Positions 46,528-55,271 of a DNA stretch of 61,097 bases are shown one piece after another. The position numbers and the translations under genes were made by a program. The notes below the pieces were generated by a model. That model was not told the DNA's origin. It was given only the letters and a program-made list of their open reading frames with translations, and made no database searches. Source of the stretch: Promethearchaeota archaeon (GTDB taxonomy: Archaea > Asgardarchaeota > Lokiarchaeia > Sigyniarchaeales > SOKP01). The stretch spans positions 1-61,097 of the forward strand of contig SDNY01000004.1 of assembly GCA_004524535.1 (NCBI GenBank), in the 5' to 3' direction. Each line of letters begins with the position of its first letter. Within the stretch, counting starts at the first letter, position 1.

Positions 46528-46908
46528 ATGCCTATGAAAATGATAGTAAATATTGTTAGAATGGTTGATCATGATCAAGCTAGGGAATTTGCTTTTGGAG
46601 ATGATAAATCACTAAAAGAAAATCTGGGAATTGGATTTATAAATCCAAGTGATTTTGAGAAACTTGGATTAGTCAAGAGCTTAAGAATAAAATTATCAAA
46701 TAGTTTTGGCAACATTATTATTGAGCAAGAACAAGATGAAAATGTTCCGGAAGGTACTGTGCTAATGCCTGTTTCAATTTGGTCAAATCAAATTACTGGA
46801 GTGGAAAAAGAAGAAATCCAATATAAAAATCTTGAAGTTGAGGTAGAAGCCACCCGTGATCCTGTACTGGATTATAAAGATTTAATATTAAAAATTAAAG
46901 AGAAATAG
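46528..46908 (+). CDS. fwdD: formylmethanofuran dehydrogenase subunit D-like (molybdopterin dinucleotide-binding barrel)
   Basis: 126 aa. INPSDFEKLGLVKSLRIKLSNSFGNIIIEQEQDENVPEGTVLMPVSIWSNQI matches the FwdD pattern. Confidence 0.6.
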   Translation: MPMKMIVNIVRMVDHDQAREFAFGDDKSLKENLGIGFINPSDFEKLGLVKSLRIKLSNSFGNIIIEQEQDENVPEGTVLMPVSIWSNQITGVEKEEIQYKNLEVEVEATRDPVLDYKDLILKIKEK

Positions 46909-46929
46909 ATTACCTAAGGGATAACATAA

Positions 46930-48612
46930 ATGGAAAGATTAATAATCAAAAATGGATTGGTATTTGACCCATTAAATAATATAGATGGTGAAATTAAAGA
47001 TATATTAATCGAAAATTCCAAAATTGTAGAGAAGTTTTCAAAGGAAAAAGATATTAAAGAGATAAAAGAAATTAATGCAAACGGAAAAACAGTAATACCA
47101 GCAGCTATTGATATTCACACTCATATTGCTTCACAACAAGTTAATTGGATAAGATTGCTTGGAACCAAAAATGAGCTATTCAAAAAAGTATGGGAAAGTT
47201 TAATTTTAGAAAATTTTGCGAGGAATTATATATCAAATGGTTATACTTTCATTCTTGAGGCAAATGTCTATCCCTCCCTTGCAAAACAGACTGTTTTTAA
47301 CTTTAGAGAATTGCCTGTTTTAGATAAGGCAATGCTACTAAATGTTAGTAATATGTGGCCTTTAGAATTAGAGTTTCAGAGAGGAAAAATAGATGATATG
47401 GCCGTATTTTTATCAGATTTATTATCGATTACAAAAGGTTTTGGTCTTAAAGTCTATAATCCGTTTGAATCTGAAAGCTGGAATTTCCAGAATTTAAGAA
47501 AAGAGGTATCTGGAAAGGGTAGATTATATAATTTTTCTGCTCTTGATGTTTACGAGAATTTAACAAAAGCGAATGAACATTTAGGCTTACCTCATTCTGT
47601 TCATGCTCATATTGAAGGATATGAAGATTTAAAATCAAAAAATAATTTGTTTACAATTTTAAATAAAATAAACTCTTTAGATTTGGAACCGACTTCTAAA
47701 ATTAGTAGTGAGATAAAGCGAACACAAGTTTTTCATATAGCACATGCATCTGCTTACAATGTAGACGGGAATAATTCAGAGTTAATTAATATAGTTAATT
47801 CAAATGAAAATATAGATTTGGATTTGGGCTTTATAGGTTTTGACCAAATCAATCCATTGATCACATCAGATAGAAGATTAATAGATTCGCTTTTAAAAAC
47901 TAACAATAATGAAGCTACACATAAATTAATTAGAGCTGCTGTAGAATTTGAAGGAGATACATTCGCAACATTTAGAAATTTTGATAAGAAGAATATCGCA
48001 AATTGTTATTTATGGGCTAATGCTTTAGATCTTTCTCTTAGGATTAAAAACATCTGGCAAATGCAGTTCTCCATTAACTTTCCCAATTATGCAAATATTA
48101 CTGATGTACCTGAAATCGCAACTTGGTTAGTGAGTAAAACTACCAGAGATAATTTTATGAAAGATATGAATTCTGAATTTTTAAAAGACAATTCTTTGAT
48201 AAATAATGATAAAACTCTAACATTTAACGAAATTGTTATATTAACACGGGCAAGTCCAGCTAAATCTTTAGGGCTTGGGAGTATAAAAGGTAATCTTGGA
48301 GTAGGGGCCGATGCTGACATTAACATAATAGATCTCAATATTAATGATATTGATATTTCTAAGAATCCTAACAGTATCAAGACCGCTTTAAGCAATATTG
48401 AGTATGTAATAAAAGCAGGTAATATTATTAAAGAACAAGAAAAGATTGATTTGTCGCCTCAAGGAAAAATCTTTTGGTCTCAAGGAAAACTTGAAAAGGA
48501 AGATAAATCATTAATAATGAAGATGAAAAGAGAATTTTATGAAAAATTTGGCTCAATTTTTTATGACTCATTAAAAATTTCAGTAGAAAAGACTTTATTA
48601 AGAGAAATTTAA
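46930..48612 (+). CDS. fwdA: formylmethanofuran dehydrogenase subunit A-like (amidohydrolase fold)
   Basis: IKNGLVFDPLNNIDGEIKDILIENSKIVE...NANGKTVIPAAIDIHTHI is the typical FwdA N-terminus with the HxH metal motif. The length is 560 aa. Confidence 0.75.
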   Translation: MERLIIKNGLVFDPLNNIDGEIKDILIENSKIVEKFSKEKDIKEIKEINANGKTVIPAAIDIHTHIASQQVNWIRLLGTKNELFKKVWESLILENFARNYISNGYTFILEANVYPSLAKQTVFNFRELPVLDKAMLLNVSNMWPLELEFQRGKIDDMAVFLSDLLSITKGFGLKVYNPFESESWNFQNLRKEVSGKGRLYNFSALDVYENLTKANEHLGLPHSVHAHIEGYEDLKSKNNLFTILNKINSLDLEPTSKISSEIKRTQVFHIAHASAYNVDGNNSELINIVNSNENIDLDLGFIGFDQINPLITSDRRLIDSLLKTNNNEATHKLIRAAVEFEGDTFATFRNFDKKNIANCYLWANALDLSLRIKNIWQMQFSINFPNYANITDVPEIATWLVSKTTRDNFMKDMNSEFLKDNSLINNDKTLTFNEIVILTRASPAKSLGLGSIKGNLGVGADADINIIDLNINDIDISKNPNSIKTALSNIEYVIKAGNIIKEQEKIDLSPQGKIFWSQGKLEKEDKSLIMKMKREFYEKFGSIFYDSLKISVEKTLLREI

Positions 48613-48745
48613 TGATTCTTTTTTAGTTTATTTGTTAACTACACCAAGTTTAGATAAAAATATTAAAGTTAAATTTGCTTAATATATTTAAAATAATCAG
48701 TTTTTCAATTAATTTTTATAAAATAGATAAGAAGTTCATAAATAA

Positions 48746-49198
48746 ATGAAAAAGCTCAAAATTTATCTTGATACGTCAGTTTATAGTGCAATATTTGATA
48801 GCAGAGATTTAATACGCCAAAAACAAACAGAAGAATTTTGGAATAATATAAATGATTATGAGTATTATTTTTCAGATATAAATATTGAGGAAATAGAGGG
48901 TGTTTCAGTTTCGGAGTTAAAGGAAAAATTAAAATCTTTACTAAAAAATGGGAAAAAAATCGAAACTACAACTGAAGTTAAAGAACTAACAAAAATCTAT
49001 ATTAGTGAAGGTATTGTACCAGAAAAATATGAAAACGATGCTTTACACATAGCTTTAACTACAGTTCACTCTCTGGATATTTTAATCAGCTGGAATTTTA
49101 AACATCTAGTAAAAAGAAAAACTCGAATTGGAGTTAATTTAATAAATCTAAAAGAAGGATATAAATCAATTGAAATTCTTGCTCCACCAGAGCTATAG
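48746..49198 (+). CDS. PIN-like domain protein (putative toxin)
   Basis: KIYLDTSVYSAIFD (first acidic residue), INIEEIE, and ENDALHIALTTVHSLDILISWNFKHL are present. Confidence 0.6.
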   Translation: MKKLKIYLDTSVYSAIFDSRDLIRQKQTEEFWNNINDYEYYFSDINIEEIEGVSVSELKEKLKSLLKNGKKIETTTEVKELTKIYISEGIVPEKYENDALHIALTTVHSLDILISWNFKHLVKRKTRIGVNLINLKEGYKSIEILAPPEL

Positions 49199-49208
49199 GG
49201 GATTTAAA

Positions 49209-49376
49209 ATGCTATATGATGTAGAAGTACTATTAAAACAATTAGATATAAGTAATGATGAAAAGAAAAAGATAATTCAAGATTTAAAAAGAGAATTTCC
49301 TGATGATGATATGTTATTTGAATTACACCTTTTTCGTGTTGTTCAATATTTAAATAAGAAAAAAGTTGATAATTAA
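49209..49376 (+). CDS. small protein (55 aa), possible cognate partner of the PIN-like gene
   Basis: The ATG at 49209 follows a GGGGA motif. IIQDLKREFPDDDMLFELHLFRVVQYL is paralogous to the ORF at 49404-49586. Confidence 0.4.
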   Translation: MLYDVEVLLKQLDISNDEKKKIIQDLKREFPDDDMLFELHLFRVVQYLNKKKVDN

Positions 49377-49403
49377 ATTTTAAAATTACAGTTTTATAAT
49401 AAA

Positions 49404-49586
49404 CTATTGAATTTTTTCGGTATCTTTTGTTAATAATTTAATATATTCAAGATATTTCAATCCCTTCATTTCTGTTTCTCTTACAATAATCTTTCGTGCA
49501 ATATGTATCTGTTGTAATGCAAAATCATTTGGAAATTCCTTTTCAATATCCTTTTTAATTTTATTGATTTCATCTTCATTTAACAT
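49404..49586 (-). CDS. small protein (60 aa), paralog of 49209-49376
   Basis: IKKDIEKEFPNDFALQQIHIARKII aligns with the convergent small ORF. It lies 34 nt downstream of the glycyl radical enzyme gene. Confidence 0.4.
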   Translation of the reverse strand: MLNEDEINKIKKDIEKEFPNDFALQQIHIARKIIVRETEMKGLKYLEYIKLLTKDTEKIQ

Positions 49587-49620
49587 ATATATTCCTCCTT
49601 TTATAATAACTCTGCTGGAG

Positions 49621-52161
49621 TTATGATTTCATAGTATTAAATTGTGCACGTTGGATAATATCGTCTTGAACGGCTCTCCCTAGATCGTTGAAATAAGCAC
49701 AATATCCCGATACTCTTACAATTAAATCCCAATAATCTTCTGGATGAATTTGAGCATCTAATAAAGTTTTAGTGTCAACCGTATTAAATTGAATATGCAT
49801 TGCTTTTAAATCAACAAAAGATTTCATGAGGTGTATAAAGTTCTTTTTTCTTTCTTCAGATTCTAAAAATGAGGGACTCAGCTTTATATTTAAGGCACTT
49901 CCATTTGAGATTTTTATTTGGTTTAACTTAGCATAAGACTTAATAATAGCAGTAGGTCCTTCTTTTTCAGCATTATTACTTGGAGATATGCTATTAGATA
50001 CTGGTTCTCCGGCGAGTCTGCCATTTGGAGTGGCGCCAAGGAAGGCTCCGTCCACAACATTCATCCCGTAAGAAAAGAAACCTGGTCTGAAAATACCCCC
50101 ATTTCTAATAGATTTTTGTTTCATTGTCTCGTCGCAAAATATATCTGCAACCCATCTTGCGATCTCATCAACCTCGTCATTATCATTTCCATATTTGGCA
50201 ACTTTGTTAACTAATTTTTGCCTAATAGCTTCATTCTTTCTAAAATTCTTATTTAATAATTTCTTTAGCTCTTTTAATGTAAGCCACTTCTCGTCAAAAA
50301 CAGCTTTCTTTATCGCAAATAACGAATCCGCAGCAGTTGCAAGACCTCTTGCTGTTATTGACCCAAAATTATATTTTGCTCCTCCCTCCGTGATATCTAA
50401 TCCGCTCTCTAAACATCCATCTATCGTTAAGGAGAGATAAGGGTTATGAAACCTTTCCATATAGACTTTATCTTTACAATTTACACATTTAGCTATATAT
50501 TCAATAGAATTGGATAATTGTTTCTTATATGCTTCCAGTATTTCCTCAAATGACTTAAATCCTTTAAATTTACCAGTTTTTAAGCCAGTTCTTTTTCCCA
50601 TCATCTTCAATTTACCATTATTTAATACCTTCTCTAATATTCCAACGAGAGAGATATCGTTTCCAGCTGTACATCCGTGAGTATTACTGCAACTAGTTGG
50701 CTCCACACAACCGATAATTCCATAATTTCTTGAATCTTCTATTGAACATCCTGTTTCCATTAGAGCAGGTACAATAATCTCATCGTTATATATAGCAGGA
50801 CCCGAAGTTTTTGAAAAAACTTCCGCTACTTTAAGTAGATAATCATCAGTGGATTTTGAATGCAATCTCATAGAAAAAGAATTTGTCATGCTCTTGATAT
50901 TTATAATCGCATCCATAAATACAAAAGATAAATCATTTGCAGCATCATTTCCGTTTTTATCAACTCCTCCGATTGTTATGGCATTATTATCTCCTCCAAG
51001 TTCCGAAGCTGTATTTTTAGCATATGAAGGGAGGACAAAAAGATTATAACTAAGTTTAATTAGCAGTTCTTCAGCTAATTCCAACGCAAACTCACGAGTG
51101 ATAATCCCTTCATCAATATCTTTTTTATAATATGGGAAAAGATATTGGTCAGGTCTTCCAATAGCAAATATTCCACCTAAGCCGAATGCAATTAATGCAA
51201 TATCTTGAGTAAACCATAGAAATTGCATTGCTTCATAAAAATTCTCAGGAGGATTCCAAGGAATTTTTGTCATATTTTTTGAAATTTGAAGTAATTCCTC
51301 TTTGCGTTCTTCATTTATTTCTTCATTAGCCGTTTTTAATGCTAGTGAGGCAAATTTATCAGCAAATCTTTTAACAGCATCACAACAAATAACTACAGAA
51401 TCATAAAACACAGCTCGTTCAGGATTTTTTTTCCTTAAATTCAACGCCTTTTCTTTAATACCTTTAAAGCCAATTGGCATTACATTATCTATTCCTAAAA
51501 TAAGATGCCCCTGATCGTCAAACACATCATCTACAAGATTAGGGTTGTTTAATGCGATTTCTCTGAATGCTTTAAAAATATGTAAGAATCGTCCTTTTAA
51601 AAACGGTTTAGTTGATTTCCATAGGGACTTTAAACCAAAATATTTCATCCTGCGGAAGAGTGAAAAAAGACCGAACCTAGGTTTTAATAATAAATCCTCT
51701 TGTTTCCATTCTTGCTTTTTATAATCTCGAATTGTTTTTTTTCTCCAATATGGAATAATTTCCTTTAGTAGTTCCCTTTTTTCTTCAGGAGATAATTGAA
51801 ATGGTTTGACCTCCCTTTTCATAACATTTTTTAGATCTAATTGAAAAATCATGTTAAATTCGCCTCTCTCAATTGGAATTACAGAGGCTACTAATTTACT
51901 TGATCGATTACCTACTATATGCTCTTCTGGTAAAATGTAAATTGTCATATTATCTAAAGTTCGCTCTATAGCCTTAGCCGCTCTTAATGAAGGGTGTTGG
52001 CCTTCGGTTTCCTTAAATACCTGTGTAAAATAGCGAGCACGCTCTATACAAATCTCGTAAGGCGCATCTAAAATCTTTTTCTTTAAAATCTGAGTTCTAT
52101 TACTCTTGCTGGTTGGAAAATCCGATGATTTTATAGGTTTTACTTGGGAATTTAACGTCAT
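49621..52161 (-). CDS. glycyl radical enzyme (PFL2/dehydratase-lyase class)
   Basis: The C-terminal glycyl radical motif is VRVSGYCAYFNDL. The active-site loop is IGCVEP, with a single Cys followed by Glu. The N-terminus CIERARYFTQVFKETEG is typical of PFL2-type GREs. Confidence 0.9.
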   Translation of the reverse strand: MTLNSQVKPIKSSDFPTSKSNRTQILKKKILDAPYEICIERARYFTQVFKETEGQHPSLRAAKAIERTLDNMTIYILPEEHIVGNRSSKLVASVIPIERGEFNMIFQLDLKNVMKREVKPFQLSPEEKRELLKEIIPYWRKKTIRDYKKQEWKQEDLLLKPRFGLFSLFRRMKYFGLKSLWKSTKPFLKGRFLHIFKAFREIALNNPNLVDDVFDDQGHLILGIDNVMPIGFKGIKEKALNLRKKNPERAVFYDSVVICCDAVKRFADKFASLALKTANEEINEERKEELLQISKNMTKIPWNPPENFYEAMQFLWFTQDIALIAFGLGGIFAIGRPDQYLFPYYKKDIDEGIITREFALELAEELLIKLSYNLFVLPSYAKNTASELGGDNNAITIGGVDKNGNDAANDLSFVFMDAIINIKSMTNSFSMRLHSKSTDDYLLKVAEVFSKTSGPAIYNDEIIVPALMETGCSIEDSRNYGIIGCVEPTSCSNTHGCTAGNDISLVGILEKVLNNGKLKMMGKRTGLKTGKFKGFKSFEEILEAYKKQLSNSIEYIAKCVNCKDKVYMERFHNPYLSLTIDGCLESGLDITEGGAKYNFGSITARGLATAADSLFAIKKAVFDEKWLTLKELKKLLNKNFRKNEAIRQKLVNKVAKYGNDNDEVDEIARWVADIFCDETMKQKSIRNGGIFRPGFFSYGMNVVDGAFLGATPNGRLAGEPVSNSISPSNNAEKEGPTAIIKSYAKLNQIKISNGSALNIKLSPSFLESEERKKNFIHLMKSFVDLKAMHIQFNTVDTKTLLDAQIHPEDYWDLIVRVSGYCAYFNDLGRAVQDDIIQRAQFNTMKS

Positions 52162-52236
52162 AATAACTTTCTATAATTTTCTTTAAAATATTTGAAAAGG
52201 CATTCTACTATAATGTTTGTATACTCAAAAATTTTA

Positions 52237-52677
52237 TTAAAGTTTTTCTCTAATAACTGTGGAACTTAGTCTTTGATTCTTCTCTCCCATTATCATTGGA
52301 ATTATAATAATAATTAAAGGATTAAATCCTTTTTCAGCCCTTATTTCATTTATTTTAAATGCTCCTTTATAAGTTTCTTGACTTACGACTATACCCTCAT
52401 ACTCAGGGTCGTCAATTGGAGGTCCATATGGATTGTCAAGTTCAATAATTTTAACTCTGTTTAAATCAGTAATGCTACTTATAAAATTTTCTAAATTATT
52501 TTTACGAATTTCATAGCTTTCAATTTTTGAGGCAAAATTCTTCCTCTTTAGCATCTCTTGAATAGTTAATCCAATAACGACCTTATGAGAAAGGGATAAT
52601 GCTGTTTCTATTAGATATCTATGACCATCATGAAGATGATCAAACGTCCCCCCCATTCCTACTAATGATAATGGCAT
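52237..52677 (-). CDS. coaD: archaeal-type phosphopantetheine adenylyltransferase (cytidylyltransferase fold)
   Basis: GGTFDHLHDGH (HxGH) and the C-terminal LSSTVIRE (ISSTxxR-like) are present. The ATG at 52677 gives the usual short N-terminus. An alternative ATG at 52737 would leave only 10 nt to the divergent ORF. Confidence 0.75.
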   Translation of the reverse strand: MPLSLVGMGGTFDHLHDGHRYLIETALSLSHKVVIGLTIQEMLKRKNFASKIESYEIRKNNLENFISSITDLNRVKIIELDNPYGPPIDDPEYEGIVVSQETYKGAFKINEIRAEKGFNPLIIIIIPMIMGEKNQRLSSTVIREKL

Positions 52678-52747
52678 CCTATTCTCTAATATTTTTAATA
52701 AAATAAAATATTTTTTATAAAAATCTATTTGAGCCATTTAAAAAATT

Positions 52748-52987
52748 ATGAAAATAAGGAAAGTCATTTTTATTAATAAGGAGAACATAAAAGTGAAAAA
52801 AAAAGAAAGAGCCCCGATTCATTTTACTCTTTCAGATGTAGAACGTGCATATAAGAAGGTAGAGGAATTCCAACGCTTAATAGAGCGAGGAAAAACTCCA
52901 GAACAGATTTTTAAAGATCTACTCAAGTTGGTTCAAATGAAAAAGCATTTTTTTTTAATTAAAAATAGAGAGAATAATCAAATGTAA
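52748..52987 (+). CDS. hypothetical small basic protein (79 aa)
   Basis: ORF only. No motif recognised. Confidence 0.25.
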   Translation: MKIRKVIFINKENIKVKKKERAPIHFTLSDVERAYKKVEEFQRLIERGKTPEQIFKDLLKLVQMKKHFFLIKNRENNQM

Positions 52988-53128
52988 TAATTCTTGCTCA
53001 ATAAATTTCTTAATTTTCTTAATTTCTTTTTTATCTAACATTTAAACTCTATTTTTACAATTATTTGAAATATTTATCATAATTATTATAAAGAAAAATT
53101 ATTAAATATGCATTTCTTACTATTAGGT

Positions 53129-53350
53129 ATGAATGTTGGAAAAATGAGTAAGAAAGGACAAATTGTGATTCCTAAAGAAATTAGGGATAGATTCGGAATT
53201 AAACCCGGTGATGCTGTGATTTTCAAGATCCAAGGTGATAAAGTAATAATTGAAAAAATACAAGAAAAAATGTCAGACATCTTAAAAAACAGCAAACCGG
53301 TGGAAAATAGTCTTGAATTTCAGAAAAAACTTAGAGATGAGTGGGAATGA
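53129..53350 (+). CDS. vapB: AbrB/SpoVT-type antitoxin (VapB-like)
   Basis: SKKGQIVIPKEIRDRFGIKPGDAVIFKIQGDKVIIEKI is the swapped-hairpin AbrB motif. The start is one of the ATGs at 53108, 53129 or 53144. The stop overlaps the VapC start (ATGA). Confidence 0.75.
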   Translation: MNVGKMSKKGQIVIPKEIRDRFGIKPGDAVIFKIQGDKVIIEKIQEKMSDILKNSKPVENSLEFQKKLRDEWE

Positions 53351-53775
53351 AGGTAAATATTGATACAAATGTATTTATTGCGATTAAAAACAAGGAACCC
53401 GAGTATGAATATTGCGAAACTATTATTGATTCTGTGGAAGAGCATCACCTTTCAGGCGTTATATCGACAATTGTTCTTGCTGAAATACTCGTTGGCTTTT
53501 ATCGAAATGATGAAAATGAAGAGGCTGATAGTTTTTCAAGTAGTGCCATTTTGAATTTTGATATTATTCCTGTAAATCAGGATGTAGCACGGCAAGCAGC
53601 TCTAATCCGAGCTCAATATAACTTAAAACTTCCTGATGCTATTATTTCAGCATCTTCTCTAATTACTGGAGCAGATTTTCTTATTACTAATGATATAACA
53701 CTTCAAAAAAAACTTAAAATCCAAAAAGTTTCTCCAAAGGAATTTGTAGAAAAATATTTAAAAATTGATAAATAA
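53347..53775 (+). CDS. vapC: PIN-domain ribonuclease toxin (VapC-like)
   Basis: MKVNIDTNVFI (Asp1), VLAEILVG (Glu), LKLPDAIISASS (Asp), FLITNDITL (Asp) are present. Confidence 0.8.
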   Translation: MKVNIDTNVFIAIKNKEPEYEYCETIIDSVEEHHLSGVISTIVLAEILVGFYRNDENEEADSFSSSAILNFDIIPVNQDVARQAALIRAQYNLKLPDAIISASSLITGADFLITNDITLQKKLKIQKVSPKEFVEKYLKIDK

Positions 53776-53801
53776 CTTTGATATTTTTCTTAAAATTATT
53801 T

Positions 53802-55220
53802 TTAATACGCAAATCCTTTAAGTTGATGGACAGTTGTGTACATGTGCTTTCCACTTTCTCTTAGATAATTCATCGCTTCCTCAATGCCTTCTACAGTTAA
53901 ATCAAACATAGGGATAATACTAGCAATAATTTTACGTGTCCAAGGTTGCCAATTAAACTTGATGATTTCGGGATTCAACCATACAATATTATTTTTGAAA
54001 TGATTGGCTAATTCTCTGATATAGTAAATTCCGGGCATCTCGTTTCTGTGATAATAATATATCGAACCATAGCGTTCGGTAAGCTCCCATGATGCCATAG
54101 CAGCATCACCTACGGCAACTACACGATAACTACTATCATACTTTCTCAAGAAATCGTCAAATAGAATTGTTTCATCAGGATTACGTTGGGCATTGAAATA
54201 CAAACTCTCATAGATGCAATTATGGAAGTAGTAATATTTAAAATCTTTCCAGTGAGACATATTATTAGCGGCCGAAAACAAGAGATTAACAAGATGAGCG
54301 TAAGGAGTCATGGATCCTCCAACATCCATCAAAAGAAGAAGTTTTACATCATTTTTTCTTCTTTTCTCGAATATTAATTCAATATCACCACCATTTTTCG
54401 CAGTTTGATCAATAGTTTTGTCAATATTTAACTCATCTTGTTTACCAATTTCTTCTAATTTTCGAAGCCGTTTTAACGCTACTTTAATTTGTCTAGTGTC
54501 CAAGACTACATCTTTTCTATAATCTTGAAAAATTCTTTTTTGTGCGATTTGAACTGCCGTACGCATTCCGGCGCCACCGCCAACCCTCATTCCCATTGGA
54601 TTTTCTCCTGCATTTCCGAATTGTGAGGTGCCTTGGGTTCCGATCCATTGATTTCCAAAATTATGTTCCCCATCTTGCTTTTGCATTAATTCTTCAAAAT
54701 ATTTTTGTAATTCTTCGATATTGGAAAATTTGCTTAAAAATTCTTGAGATACAGGGTTTATTTTTGATAAATCAAGATTTTTTTGTAACCATTCCCAGAT
54801 CTCATCCTTTATCTCACTAGGAGCGTTAATTAATTTTAACTCCCCCGATTCTGCCTTTTTTAATAATTCTTCAATTAACTGCTGAAAATCCTCGACATTC
54901 ATAAATTGTCCATATTCACTTAATACAATTTGTAAACCTGTTATTAACTCCTGAAAAGTTATATCTTTATTAAGCCAATCCCAGATCTCTTTTTTTATTT
55001 CTTCCGGAAATTTAATTAACGCTTCCTTGAAGAAATTTGCAAAGGCAATATCATAGATATCAAAATGGTGCTCGCTTTTACATAATATAGATCTCGAAAT
55101 GTAATAGAATTCTACCATGTTACGGATTAAACCTTTCTCTAAGGCTTGCAATAAAGTCATATATTCCGTAATACTTACCGTTAGTCGTTCTTTAAGATAA
55201 TAAAAATATTCTATAAACAT
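53802..55220 (-). CDS. CoxE-type VWA-domain protein (longer paralog)
   Basis: The N-terminus YFYYLKERL.VSITEYMTLLQAL is CoxE-like. The VWA core is LLLMDVGGSM...AANNMSHWKDFKYYYFHN. It carries an internal duplication of the EIW.WL.KN...EEL.....EL module compared with its neighbour. Confidence 0.7.
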   Translation of the reverse strand: MFIEYFYYLKERLTVSITEYMTLLQALEKGLIRNMVEFYYISRSILCKSEHHFDIYDIAFANFFKEALIKFPEEIKKEIWDWLNKDITFQELITGLQIVLSEYGQFMNVEDFQQLIEELLKKAESGELKLINAPSEIKDEIWEWLQKNLDLSKINPVSQEFLSKFSNIEELQKYFEELMQKQDGEHNFGNQWIGTQGTSQFGNAGENPMGMRVGGGAGMRTAVQIAQKRIFQDYRKDVVLDTRQIKVALKRLRKLEEIGKQDELNIDKTIDQTAKNGGDIELIFEKRRKNDVKLLLLMDVGGSMTPYAHLVNLLFSAANNMSHWKDFKYYYFHNCIYESLYFNAQRNPDETILFDDFLRKYDSSYRVVAVGDAAMASWELTERYGSIYYYHRNEMPGIYYIRELANHFKNNIVWLNPEIIKFNWQPWTRKIIASIIPMFDLTVEGIEEAMNYLRESGKHMYTTVHQLKGFAY

Positions 55221-55271
55221 AGCTATTCTAACTTTTAAATATCTTTTAACATATTAATTTTTGATTGTTTT

